64,000 nt of DNA, from the NCBI GenBank assembly GCA_018303885.1, contig JAGVXG010000001.1, positions 11,746-75,745 of the forward strand. Direction: 5' to 3'. The first letter of the stretch is position 1. The number at the start of each line of letters is the position of its first letter. Made by a program: the position numbers and the translations under genes. The notes under the pieces were generated by a model. It made no database searches, had not been told where the DNA came from, and saw only the letters and a program-made list of their open reading frames with translations. Of the stretch, positions 29,084 to 38,538 are shown in pieces. Source of the stretch: Candidatus Pacearchaeota archaeon (GTDB lineage Archaea > Nanobdellota > Nanobdellia > Pacearchaeales > GW2011-AR1).

Positions 29084-29515
29084 ATCATCCTTCTTTGTCA
29101 AATCTTCAGGAACCCTATATTCTTCCCAGCGAACCCTCTTTTTTTCTATGGTTTCTTTCAAGCTTTTTTCTTGCGGCGAAAGCTTTGATTTTCCACTTTT
29201 GGCTTCGACAAATACAACTTCTGTTATGTTTTTTTCATCCATGCCTTTGAATACGATAAAATCAACAGGCTTTCCTAAAAATCTGCATTCTGTTGGAAGA
29301 TAATTGAAATCTGGGAGGTAAGGCGCGAGCTGTTCTGAAAATTGCCCACCTAAAACAGCCCTTGACTTCATTATAGCGTCTTTCCTGTGATCTGGGATAG
29401 TGTCTTGCCAGTATTTATCCCTACGGAAAGCGCCTGATTTGAAGCCAATAGTGTATGCTATTGCAATTCCGATAAGAAAAATAGCGATAAGAATTATTGT
29501 GAAAAAGTCAACCAT
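29078..29515 (-). CDS. Membrane-anchored Holliday-junction-resolvase-like PD-(D/E)XK protein (Endonuc_Holl)
   Basis: SRAVLGGQFSEQLAPY, RFLGKPVDFIVF and FVEAKSG. Confidence 0.88.
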   Translation of the reverse strand: MVDFFTIILIAIFLIGIAIAYTIGFKSGAFRRDKYWQDTIPDHRKDAIMKSRAVLGGQFSEQLAPYLPDFNYLPTECRFLGKPVDFIVFKGMDEKNITEVVFVEAKSGKSKLSPQEKSLKETIEKKRVRWEEYRVPEDLTKKDDL

Positions 29516-29534
29516 ACAAAAAGAGAAGAAAAAT

Positions 29535-29679
29535 TCTATTTAAAACTTGCTATGAAAAAATTGTGATTTGATATAGAATCATATTTGATTTTATTTTAAT
29601 GGTAAATCTATTTAAAACTTGCTATGAAAAAATTGTGATTTGATATAGAATCATATTTGATTTTATTTTAATGGTAAAT
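29535..29679. repeat. Exact tandem duplication of a 72-bp unit
   Basis: TCTATTTAAAACTTGCTATG...AATGGTAAA at 29535-29606 and 29607-29678. Confidence 0.95.
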
Positions 29680-29755
29680 TACCTTAGTGCACAACCGCGC
29701 CCCGCACTAAAAAATTAGCAAAAAATTTAGCGGCGAGGTTTGATTAAAATATGTT

Positions 29756-30007
29756 CTACTTACCAAACTTCATAACCTTAACATTCTTTAACATAGCAAT
29801 TTTTGGTGCAACGTTTTTGTATAAAGATTCTAACTCTTTGATATTCATTTCAACTATCCCCGAGCTGCTTTTTCCCCTAAAACATATGGAAACAGACGCC
29901 TCTTTTGGCTTTAAAAAATCCTCATTAATCAAAACTTCCTTTATCTGGCCAGATGTTTCAACACGAACAAGCCCGTCTTCATTATGTTTTTTTGCTTTGA
30001 TTTTCAT
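29756..30007 (-). CDS. Hypothetical protein
   Basis: 83 aa, FRGKSSSGIVE; coupled to the upstream ORF. Confidence 0.75.
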   Translation of the reverse strand: MKIKAKKHNEDGLVRVETSGQIKEVLINEDFLKPKEASVSICFRGKSSSGIVEMNIKELESLYKNVAPKIAMLKNVKVMKFGK

Positions 30008-30231
30008 CTGAAATCTCCAGAAACTTTTAATTCGAGACTCTCAACTTCTGGGCGCATTAAAATATCTCTAATTGCTCTTTCCAAATCTCTTAATGCTTCT
30101 GGGACTTCTTCGACTTCAACTCTTTTATCATTATGAGTTAGTTCGATTGAATAGCCCGGCATATTTAAGTAATTTGGTTTATACTCTTCAGAATCTATTC
30201 TTTTTTTTCTAACAAACTTATACACATCCAT
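30004..30231 (-). CDS. Hypothetical protein
   Basis: 75-aa ORF with upstream TATA. Confidence 0.6.
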   Translation of the reverse strand: MDVYKFVRKKRIDSEEYKPNYLNMPGYSIELTHNDKRVEVEEVPEALRDLERAIRDILMRPEVESLELKVSGDFR

Positions 30232-30279
30232 CTAAAACTAATATAATAGTTATTTATAAGAATATATGGATTTTAATGG

Positions 30280-31572
30280 TTATTTTGGTTTGTTAGTTCC
30301 AACAATCTTCTTCTTTCCACCCATGTACTTTTGCAAAACAGTAGGAATCTTTACTGAGCCGTCTTTTTGCTGGAAGTTCTCGAGAATTGCAACCATGATT
30401 CTAGATGTTGCCAAAGCAGTGTTGTTTAATGTGTGTAAAACATAACGCTCTCCTTTGGAACCCAAGGCACGAATATTTAAATCGCGAGCTTGGTAATCTG
30501 TGCAGTTGCTCAAGCTTCCAACTTCTCCGTAACTCTGTGTTGTTGGGCGCCAGACTTCAATGTCTTCGCTACGGGCTTTCCAATCGCTGAGATCTGCAGA
30601 ACACATTTCAACAATTCTATACGGCAGTTTTAGTTTTTTCATGATTTCTTCTGCATTTTTCCGCAATTCATCATAATATTTCCAGGAATCTTTCGGCTTG
30701 CAGAAAATGAACTGCTCGACTTTGTTGAACTGATGTGTACGCCAAAGTCCTTTTTCATTTATTCCATGTGCACCGATTTCTTTTCTTAAGCTCATACTAT
30801 AACCAAAGAACTTCAAAGGAAGATTTTCTTCGGGAATTGTTTTATCTGACATCATTCCAAGCATTGCATGTTCTGCTGTTGGAATCATGTACAAATCCTC
30901 GCCCTCAATTTTATAAAGAGCATTTTTGAATGCGTTTAAATCACCGGCAGCAGCAGCTACTTTTTTAGTCATCATTAACGGCGGCTCAATATATGTATAC
31001 TTTTTTTTAGTCATGTGTTCTATAGCAAATTGAATCAGTGCCTGATTTAACAATCCAAGATCGTTTTTCAAATAATAAAATCCATTGCCGGCAACTTTTG
31101 CAGAGGCGTCAAAGTCCCCTAAGCCAGAAGACTCAATAATTTCCACATGTGTCTTTGGCGTGAAGGCAAGTTTTGTTTTTTTGCCAACGACTTTTCTTAC
31201 CTTGTTGTCTTTGTCAGATTTTCCTTTTGGAACACCGGGATGCATTAAGTTTGGGATTTCCTTAAGAAAAAAACTTAACTGTGCAAACACCTCGCCTTCT
31301 TCCTCTTCAAGTTTTTTCAGTTTTTCAGGAATTTCTTGAGCTCTTAAAATTAACTCTCTGGCTTTCTTTTCATCCTTTTTTTTCTTTGCCTGGTTTATTG
31401 CCTCTGAAACCGAGTTTCTTTCTGAACGCAAGTCATCTGCTTGTTTTTTTAAGCCGCGCCATTTTTCATCGACTGCAAGAAGTTTTTTGACAAGTTCTGG
31501 ATTTTTACCCTTTTTCTCAATGTTTTTTTTGTACAATTCAGGACGCTCTCTCAAGTCTTTGAGGTCAATCAT
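30280..31572 (-). CDS. serS: Serine--tRNA ligase
   Basis: N-terminal coiled coil, PTAEH, RKEIG...GLWRTHQFNKVEQF, SNCTDYQAR and HTLNNT. Confidence 0.97.
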   Translation of the reverse strand: MIDLKDLRERPELYKKNIEKKGKNPELVKKLLAVDEKWRGLKKQADDLRSERNSVSEAINQAKKKKDEKKARELILRAQEIPEKLKKLEEEEGEVFAQLSFFLKEIPNLMHPGVPKGKSDKDNKVRKVVGKKTKLAFTPKTHVEIIESSGLGDFDASAKVAGNGFYYLKNDLGLLNQALIQFAIEHMTKKKYTYIEPPLMMTKKVAAAAGDLNAFKNALYKIEGEDLYMIPTAEHAMLGMMSDKTIPEENLPLKFFGYSMSLRKEIGAHGINEKGLWRTHQFNKVEQFIFCKPKDSWKYYDELRKNAEEIMKKLKLPYRIVEMCSADLSDWKARSEDIEVWRPTTQSYGEVGSLSNCTDYQARDLNIRALGSKGERYVLHTLNNTALATSRIMVAILENFQQKDGSVKIPTVLQKYMGGKKKIVGTNKPK

Positions 31573-31642
31573 ATATTGAATTAGAAAGAATTCTATTTAA
31601 ATTTATTGAAACATTTAAAAACAAAAAAGCTTAACTTTATTC

Positions 31643-32269
31643 ATGGCTTTTGAAGAGGTGGCTTTAGGTTTAGTTGAAGCGTATAAATCAATTGTTTCTG
31701 CTGCGCCTGTTCAGTTTCAGAGCTTCATCTCATTGTTTTTTATCGTGGTTTTGATGGTGATTTACTCTGTTTTCGCTTGGAAACTTGACAGACTTATTGG
31801 AACAAAAAACATTTTTTCCTTGAACTTAAACCAGTATAATATATCAAAACATAAATTCTTGACAGCTGTCCTTTATTTTCTTGAATATATAATAATTCTG
31901 CCGATAATTATCTTGTTTACATTTGCTGTATTTAGCATTTTTCTTATATTAGTAATACAGTTAGATTTGAGCGTAATTTTGTTTATTTCTGCAGCCGTAG
32001 TTGCAACTGTTCGTGTGGCAACATATATTCCAAAATACGGCGAACATCTTGCTAGAGAGATTGCAAAACTTTTACCATTTACTCTTTTAGCTATTGCCCT
32101 TCTCGCACCCGGATTTTTTGACATTGAAAGAATCTTGGGGAATGTCGCACAAATCGGAGACTTTTTTGGCCTGATAATAAATTATTTCCTGTTCATAGTA
32201 ATTCTTGAAGTGCTCCTCAGATTTTTTGAATTTTTTCTGGATTTGATTGGGTTGAAGAATACGAACTAA
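31643..32269 (+). CDS. Hypothetical membrane protein
   Basis: About five TMs; EIAKLLPF. Confidence 0.8.
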   Translation: MAFEEVALGLVEAYKSIVSAAPVQFQSFISLFFIVVLMVIYSVFAWKLDRLIGTKNIFSLNLNQYNISKHKFLTAVLYFLEYIIILPIIILFTFAVFSIFLILVIQLDLSVILFISAAVVATVRVATYIPKYGEHLAREIAKLLPFTLLAIALLAPGFFDIERILGNVAQIGDFFGLIINYFLFIVILEVLLRFFEFFLDLIGLKNTN

Positions 32270-32287
32270 GAAGGCAAAAAGGAAAAA

Positions 32288-33994
32288 TCAATTCTTCTCA
32301 ACAAAAGGATGATCTTGGCCACGAGCAAATCTTTGCTTTAGCATTGTAATGTGTTTTTCACGTTCTTTTTTGTAACCCTCTGGATTTATTTTTATTTCTC
32401 TAATCATTTCTGCTAAGTATTCTCCCCCGAGGAAATGTGGCGTTAAAACATAATCTGCGCCTTCTTTATACAATTGCATCGCGTCTTCTATTGAATGCGC
32501 CCTTAAAGTCACTATTGTGTTTTTGTTTGCTGTCTTTATCTTTTTTAAGATTAATTCATTTGTTTCTAATTCAGGTATTGTGGATACGACAATTTTGAGA
32601 TTTTTCAAAGGCAATTCCTCGAGAAGTGCTTCATCATCAACATCGCCATATACAGAAGGTATGCCTAATTTTTTAAGATTGGAAATCGTGTCTGGATTGA
32701 AATCGACAACAAGATAGTTTTCTTTGATTTTTTTCAACGAAGTCAGGATACCAAAACCAATCCTGTTATATCCGAACAAGACAGCGTCAACATTTTGGTT
32801 TATTTTTCTTTTCTCTTTCAACTTTTTTCTTTCGAATATTGACAGGTATTTTGAAAAGAAAGAATATAGCTTATTTGAGTAAATTATCATGTAAGTACAT
32901 AGCGCTATTGTGATTAAAGCTGTCAGTGTTATTAATGATAATATTTCGCTTGGAATATGGCCATTTTTTGTTCCTAATGCTATCACGATTAATGAAAATT
33001 CGCCTATCTGAGCAACTGTTAAACCTGCGAAGAAGCTTGTTTTTTTAGTGTATCCTTCAAAACCCATTAAAGCCATGACAATTAAAGGATTTCCTATAAT
33101 GATAACCAAAGAGAAAACAATTGCGGGAATTAAAAGCTGACTTGCGTTGCTTATTGCTATTTGTGAGCCCAGGAGCAGGAAGAAAGATATTATGAAAAAA
33201 TCCCTCAGTGGCTTCAGTTTTGAGCTTATCTCTAATTGATAGGGCGAAACAGAAAGCAAAACCCCGGCAATCAAGGCGCCGACTTCAATTGACAATCCGG
33301 CGTAAAAGAATAAAGATGCAAGCCCGAGCCCCCATGTAATAGCAAATAAAAATAGAAGCTCTTGAGACCTCGCAAAAAACCTCTGTAACTTTGGCAGGAT
33401 GTAAATGCTTATTGGCGCGAGAATCAAAACAAGGAAAGTTCCTTTCAGAAGAGTTAAGCCCATTTCACTAATAAATCCTGCTCCTGTCGAATAAGACGAA
33501 ACCATTATTATAACCAGAATAGCAACAAAGTCCTGAACTAGAAGAAATCCTATGGAAATTTTTCCGTAAAGGTTGTCTAAGTCACCTTTGTCAGAAAGCA
33601 GTTTCAGTATTATAATTGTGCTGCTGAATGTCAGTGCAATTGCGATGTATAAAGACGTTAATGGTGTGTATCCAAGAAGAATTCCTATAAAATAACCTAT
33701 AATTGTTGTGAAAATAATCTGTCCAATGCCGGTAATGAGTGAAATTCTACCAACTTCTTTTACTATTTTCGGAGACAAGTGCAATCCGACAATAAAAAGA
33801 AGGAATGCTATGCCGAATTCAGAGAATGTTTGAATTTCTTTTATGCCCGGTAAAACCCCAAAAAAATACGGGCCGACTATAATTCCAGATATTATGTATC
33901 CAATAATTAACGGCTGCCGCAAAATTCTCATAATAAAAGAGGCAGCTAAAACAATCAGAATTACCAGGCTAATTTGAATAAATACGTCGCTCAT
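32288..33994 (-). CDS. CPA2 cation:proton antiporter with KTN/TrkA-N domain (KefC-like)
   Basis: GIIVGP, SSTII, LLVQD, RDFF, QIGEFS, GYNRIG and VYGD. Confidence 0.92.
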   Translation of the reverse strand: MSDVFIQISLVILIVLAASFIMRILRQPLIIGYIISGIIVGPYFFGVLPGIKEIQTFSEFGIAFLLFIVGLHLSPKIVKEVGRISLITGIGQIIFTTIIGYFIGILLGYTPLTSLYIAIALTFSSTIIILKLLSDKGDLDNLYGKISIGFLLVQDFVAILVIIMVSSYSTGAGFISEMGLTLLKGTFLVLILAPISIYILPKLQRFFARSQELLFLFAITWGLGLASLFFYAGLSIEVGALIAGVLLSVSPYQLEISSKLKPLRDFFIISFFLLLGSQIAISNASQLLIPAIVFSLVIIIGNPLIVMALMGFEGYTKKTSFFAGLTVAQIGEFSLIVIALGTKNGHIPSEILSLITLTALITIALCTYMIIYSNKLYSFFSKYLSIFERKKLKEKRKINQNVDAVLFGYNRIGFGILTSLKKIKENYLVVDFNPDTISNLKKLGIPSVYGDVDDEALLEELPLKNLKIVVSTIPELETNELILKKIKTANKNTIVTLRAHSIEDAMQLYKEGADYVLTPHFLGGEYLAEMIREIKINPEGYKKEREKHITMLKQRFARGQDHPFVEKN

Positions 33995-34122
33995 TTTCCT
34001 CTTTTATTACAGCAATAATAAAAAGAAATAGTATAAAAAGGTTTTTAAACGAAGATAGAATTTCTATATCATGCCAAGGCTGGGAAATTAAAAGATTTTC
34101 CGCTAATGTCATTTACAAGAAA

Positions 34123-34431
34123 ATGCCAAAAGTAAGAATCAAACTAAACAGCACAGACATAGAAATGATTAATAGTATTTGCAATTCTATCAGAGACATA
34201 GCAAGCAAATCAGGAATTACTATTTCAGGGCCAGTGCCACTTCCAACGAAAAAATTGAGAATAACGACGAGAAAATCCCCATGCGGAAACGGAACCGCAA
34301 CCTTTGACAATTACGAAATGCGAATCCATAAACGTCTTATTGACCTTCCGGCAAATGAAAAAGTCCTCCATCATATAATGAGGATGCAGATTCCAAAGAA
34401 TGTCAATATTAAGATTGAGATGAAGGATTAA
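34123..34431 (+). CDS. rps10: 30S ribosomal protein uS10
   Basis: SGPVPLPTK, RKSPCGNG and YEMRIHKRLID. Confidence 0.97.
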   Translation: MPKVRIKLNSTDIEMINSICNSIRDIASKSGITISGPVPLPTKKLRITTRKSPCGNGTATFDNYEMRIHKRLIDLPANEKVLHHIMRMQIPKNVNIKIEMKD

Positions 34432-34485
34432 GTATTACCTTTTTGCTACCACAATTCTTTTATACTACTTTTTAGATTTTCTTCT

Positions 34486-34929
34486 ATGACTAGATTACTA
34501 AACATCTATTTTTTCGGTTCTATTTTTGGAGCAGAATCGAACAGACCTCTTGTTAAAGAACTGCTTGGACATGTAAAAACAAAAGGCCATGTTTTAAGCG
34601 AACACCTTTTTGATGATGATTACAGAACAAAAGAGACTTTAGATGCAAAAGGGATTCGTATTAGAGACCTAACTTGGATTAGGCAGTCAGATGTTTTAGT
34701 TGGAGATGTTACTGCTCCTAGTTTGGGTGTCGGGTACGAACTAAGGGACGCAGAGATTCTAGCTAAGCCAATTCTTGCCCTTTATAATACGGCTCGAGAA
34801 GGGAAATTATCAGCAATGATTGAAGGAGCTGCGCCAGGAATAACCGTCGTTAGGTACTCTGACTTAATTGGAGCTAAAAATCACATCGATGAATTTTTTG
34901 AATATTTGAAACTAACTGGCTTCAGGTAA
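34486..34929 (+). CDS. Nucleoside 2-deoxyribosyltransferase / DNPH1(Rcl)-like N-glycosidase
   Basis: IYFFGSI, VLSEH, RDLTWI, PSLGVGYEL and LSAMIEG. Confidence 0.85.
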   Translation: MTRLLNIYFFGSIFGAESNRPLVKELLGHVKTKGHVLSEHLFDDDYRTKETLDAKGIRIRDLTWIRQSDVLVGDVTAPSLGVGYELRDAEILAKPILALYNTAREGKLSAMIEGAAPGITVVRYSDLIGAKNHIDEFFEYLKLTGFR

Positions 34930-34988
34930 TTATGAAATATATTTCTTGGAACAGATTTCTTTTTAAAACAACAAATTCTTAAGAGTCC

Positions 34989-36353
34989 ATGGGCTCTGCT
35001 GACCTAGAAAAAAAGGCGACGGAATTGGATTCTTTGAATCATGTCAGAAGAGAAATTCCTGGTGGCGGAGAAGTTTATGTTTTGGACACTGGCGCGGTAA
35101 TAGACAGTGAAGGCGAAGCAATGCTTCAGGCACTTCATTCCAGATCTGTTGGAGGTCTCAAAAGCCATCTAGAGGCTCTTAAACAAAAAGGCGCTGCGAA
35201 TTTCATGAACAGTTTCTATGTCGGCTATGGGCATAAATCTATTGGAGACTGCGGATCCACAACAATATTTATTGAAGGAGTTTCTATGTTCGTAGCAAAG
35301 GCTATTCAAGATAACAGATTATACAACGGTCAAGAAGCGTCTACAAGATATATTGATTTTTCAAGACAACCTTTTGTTAATCCTATTGGAACTGCAGAAG
35401 GGCAGGAATTATTAGAGTCTCAAAGAAGATTTTATCTTTCTATTTTAGACCCGATAAGAAGATTTTTGAAAGAGCAAAACCCACAATCTGGAGGTGAGAA
35501 GGATAGTGTCTATGAGAAGGCTATCAATGCAAGAGCTTTTGATATTGCCAGGGGATTTTTGCCTGCCGGGGCAGCAACAAATTTGGCATGGCACTCAAAT
35601 CTGAGACAGGTTTCAGATAGGTTATTGTTTCTGCGACATCATCCTCTAGAAGAAGTAAGGAATGTTGCCCACACAGTAGAGGGGGCAGTCCTTGAAGCCC
35701 ATCCAAACTCATTTACAAATAAGAGATACTCTGATACAGAGTCTTACCAAGATTTAATTGCAGGAAATTATTTTTATCATAATCCTGATTCGCCAGATAT
35801 TTCTGTGACCTCTAATTTGGATTTATCTGGATTAAGAGGGATGAGAGAGTTAATCGATAAAAGACCTGAAAAAACAGAGCTTCCTAAATTTTTAAGCCAA
35901 GCGGGAACAATTCATGCTGAATTTAAATTAGATTTTGGTTCCTTCAGGGATTTACAGAGACATAGGGCACTAGATCAACGAATGCCCCTGTTAACTACAG
36001 ATATTGGTTTTAATTCGTGGTATTTAGAAAACCTGCCCGAAGAAACTAGGGGAAGTGCAGAGGACTTTTTAGCCAATTTAAGAAAAAGAGTTTGGGGATT
36101 GAACGCTTCTTTAGAGGTGCGCCAATATTACGTTCCTATGGGATTTAATACTTCAAATTCAATAAGTGGTGATCTTCCTGCTATGCTGTACATGGTGGAG
36201 TTAAGGTCAACGAGATTTGTTCATCCAACATTAAGAAGAGTGGCAAGGGGTATTGGAGAATATATTGGCGGCCTGGGAGTTCCAGTACATTTTGATTCAG
36301 AACCTGATAGATTTGATGTAAAGAGGGGGGAGCAAGATATTTTTATTAAATAA
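34989..36353 (+). CDS. thyX: FAD-dependent thymidylate synthase (two-domain ThyX)
   Basis: YGHKSIGD, QEASTRY, FDIARGFLP, FRDLQRHR and ELRS...HP. Confidence 0.88.
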   Translation: MGSADLEKKATELDSLNHVRREIPGGGEVYVLDTGAVIDSEGEAMLQALHSRSVGGLKSHLEALKQKGAANFMNSFYVGYGHKSIGDCGSTTIFIEGVSMFVAKAIQDNRLYNGQEASTRYIDFSRQPFVNPIGTAEGQELLESQRRFYLSILDPIRRFLKEQNPQSGGEKDSVYEKAINARAFDIARGFLPAGAATNLAWHSNLRQVSDRLLFLRHHPLEEVRNVAHTVEGAVLEAHPNSFTNKRYSDTESYQDLIAGNYFYHNPDSPDISVTSNLDLSGLRGMRELIDKRPEKTELPKFLSQAGTIHAEFKLDFGSFRDLQRHRALDQRMPLLTTDIGFNSWYLENLPEETRGSAEDFLANLRKRVWGLNASLEVRQYYVPMGFNTSNSISGDLPAMLYMVELRSTRFVHPTLRRVARGIGEYIGGLGVPVHFDSEPDRFDVKRGEQDIFIK

Positions 36354-36354
36354 A

Positions 36355-37017
36355 ATGCCAAAGACAAAAAGAGGTTTGTTCATTGCCTTTGAAGGAATTG
36401 ACGGAAGCGGAACAAGCACGCATGTTCATAAGTTAGAGGAGAGGATAGAAGATTTAGACAAGTATCAAGATGTTATTAGGACTCATGAGCCATGGAAAAA
36501 TGAAGAAATAAAAAGAAAATTAGAAAATGATAAAGTTGCTTATTCTGATGGGTTGAAGATGGCAGGACTTTATATTGAAGATCGGACCCAACATACGAGA
36601 CAAATAATTAGGCCTGCTTTAGAAGAACAAGGCATAGTTATTTTATGTAAACGATATAAAATGTCAACGTGCGCTTATCAATGGGCACAAGGCGTTCCAT
36701 TGCATGATTTGTTATCAATGCATAATCATCGTGGCCTTCTTGTTCCAGATTTGACGTTTTATTTAGATATTCCTAGAAAAGTTGCGGAAAGAAGAATTGA
36801 AAGAAGAAAGAAAACCGAAAAATTTGAGAAAGATCCAAGGTTCACAGAAAAACTGATTAAGGCTTATAATGCTTTATTGGGCTTATCAGAAGCTGACCCA
36901 AGGATTTTCGGGAAAGTAGTAAGAATAGATGGAAACAGAAGAATTCAACAAGTTTCAGAAGATATTTTTTCAGAATTTTTGCCTTTGTATAACTCTTGGA
37001 TTTCTAGAAATAGGTGA
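36355..37017 (+). CDS. tmk: Thymidylate kinase
   Basis: FEGIDGSG, THEP, xRY..S..AYQ, PDLTFYLD and FEK. Confidence 0.9.
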   Translation: MPKTKRGLFIAFEGIDGSGTSTHVHKLEERIEDLDKYQDVIRTHEPWKNEEIKRKLENDKVAYSDGLKMAGLYIEDRTQHTRQIIRPALEEQGIVILCKRYKMSTCAYQWAQGVPLHDLLSMHNHRGLLVPDLTFYLDIPRKVAERRIERRKKTEKFEKDPRFTEKLIKAYNALLGLSEADPRIFGKVVRIDGNRRIQQVSEDIFSEFLPLYNSWISRNR

Positions 37018-37053
37018 ACGCCCACACCAGGAGTCGAACCTGGGTGCCTGTTA
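37018..37053 (-). repeat. 3' fragment of a tRNA-Ser (att-like direct repeat)
   Basis: 32/36 identical to 38538-38573; retains the T-arm CCAGG-TTCGACT-CCTGG; no 5' half nearby. Confidence 0.8.
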
Positions 37054-37064
37054 GAGGGTAATAG

Positions 37065-37076
37065 AAAGATTTAAAT
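37065..37076 (+). promoter_or_regulatory. BRE/TATA promoter for candidate ncRNA
   Basis: AAAGATTTAAAT, 21 nt upstream of the hairpin start; same form as promoters of protein genes in this window. Confidence 0.55.
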
Positions 37077-37095
37077 TGTATATTTGTGTGTGTTT

Positions 37096-37177
37096 ATCAT
37101 AGGGAAACAGGACCTGACGAACCCCACGCTTGACGTGGTTAGTAGGATAGACGGACCTCCTTACCCTATGCTTTTTT
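37096..37177 (+). ncRNA. Candidate structured ncRNA
   Basis: GC-rich island: CATAGGG/CCCTATG, AGGA/TCCT, CCT/AGG, CCACG-CTTGA-CGTGG, followed by T6. Confidence 0.65.
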
Positions 37178-37191
37178 GAAGTTTTAAATTC

Positions 37192-37656
37192 TCATATGTT
37201 AAGTCTTTCAATGTTCAGCCAATTATCCAAAACAAGGCTTATTTGGTACTCGATAGTTCCGACTTTTAGCTCACTTTCCTTTACTACCTTTATGTTTTTT
37301 CCGTCAACAATCTTAACAAAGTTTTGAAAATTATTATATTGCTTGTTATCTATTGAAGCAAATATAAGGCAATTAGGATTATTTTTAATAAATTCCCCAA
37401 TATCAAGAAATATCTCTATATTCTGCCGGGTTTCTCTTATTTTATGTTTTAAAAAATAGTCTAATAAATTTTCTCTTTTGAAGGTTTTCTTAACATTCTT
37501 TAGGTAAAGCTTTTTATCTCCCGCTTCTCTATAGTGCCTAAATCGAAATATTTTTGGCAATAAATATTTTATTTTTAATTTTTCAATTATTATATACCCA
37601 ATCAAGTTATCTGAATAGTCTATAAAGATATAGTAGTCAAATTGTTTTGCTCCCAT
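37192..37656 (-). CDS. Putative RNase H-fold protein (DUF3800-like)
   Basis: YIFIDYS first strand, FASIDN, and QISLVLD near the C-terminus. Confidence 0.55.
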   Translation of the reverse strand: MGAKQFDYYIFIDYSDNLIGYIIIEKLKIKYLLPKIFRFRHYREAGDKKLYLKNVKKTFKRENLLDYFLKHKIRETRQNIEIFLDIGEFIKNNPNCLIFASIDNKQYNNFQNFVKIVDGKNIKVVKESELKVGTIEYQISLVLDNWLNIERLNI

Positions 37657-37744
37657 TCACAACAATCCCCATACGGATTTATTAATTTTGTCTATTATGC
37701 TCAATACCAAGATTCTTCAAAATCATAATTTTATCGATGATAAA

Positions 37745-37758
37745 ATACGCCCCAACCA
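37745..37758 (-). repeat. 14-bp exact copy of the tRNA-Ser 3' end
   Basis: ATACGCCCCAACCA, identical to 38536-38549. Confidence 0.7.
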
Positions 37759-37788
37759 AAACCCTATAAAAAGTGTTACAGTTGGGAT

Positions 37789-38451
37789 TTAGATTGCATT
37801 GTCTAATAATCTGTTTAGATAAAAGACACCAAAATTTCGTAAGAGTAGCGTTTTAGCCATGTTCATATGATAATCTGAACTAAAAGCATGCCCTAGTACC
37901 TCAGCAAGTCCTTTTTCCTCATCTATTCTAGCTATTTCACTTTCTTTTCCGTATCTTCTCAGTTTTTCGGGGCTTATTGCAACAATTTCAGGATCTGTTA
38001 TGTTTCTGTAGATTATTTCAATCCAACGACTCTGTCTAAAAGATTCGGGAGTATAAAATTGGCCTGACTCGTCATGTCTATTGCTTAAAACTACTGGCAC
38101 CCGATTAAATCTTATACTGTGGAAATCTCCATTCTCTCTCCAAAATAAAGATAAAAACCCGCTATTATCTGGTTCTGCACCAAGTTTCCAGTCCTCTTTG
38201 AATACTTCATATCCTCTAAGAGAAGGTATATCCGTGCCGTTTTGTTTCAAAATATCGAGATAGTATTCCATGTCTTGATTGTATTCTGACTTTATTACAT
38301 TTTTGGCGTCTTCAATTAAGGAGACATCTATTCTAATACTGATTGGTAAATCCATTACAGATAAATGTATGGGAACTGTTGCAGTCACAGCTTCGTCTCT
38401 TTGATAAATTGATTGAATAGGTAACTCTCCTCTAACTAATTTTTCTATCAT
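37789..38451 (-). CDS. Hypothetical protein
   Basis: 220-aa ORF between tRNA-Ser and the 14-bp repeat. Confidence 0.75.
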   Translation of the reverse strand: MIEKLVRGELPIQSIYQRDEAVTATVPIHLSVMDLPISIRIDVSLIEDAKNVIKSEYNQDMEYYLDILKQNGTDIPSLRGYEVFKEDWKLGAEPDNSGFLSLFWRENGDFHSIRFNRVPVVLSNRHDESGQFYTPESFRQSRWIEIIYRNITDPEIVAISPEKLRRYGKESEIARIDEEKGLAEVLGHAFSSDYHMNMAKTLLLRNFGVFYLNRLLDNAI

Positions 38452-38538
38452 AATAAAAAATGAAAATCAATCTTTAAAAGAATTATTACAATTGATAATA
38501 GTCTTTGAGAATTCTCTAACTGTATCACAAATAACATA

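Noticed and set aside
29535-29679. CRISPR array
   Set aside because: Only two adjacent 72-bp copies with no spacer and no cas genes; no array was seen anywhere in the window.
37104-37146. Hammerhead ribozyme (CTGACGA and GAAA present)
   Set aside because: GAAA lies only 6 nt before CTGACGA and does not follow stem II, so the core topology cannot form.
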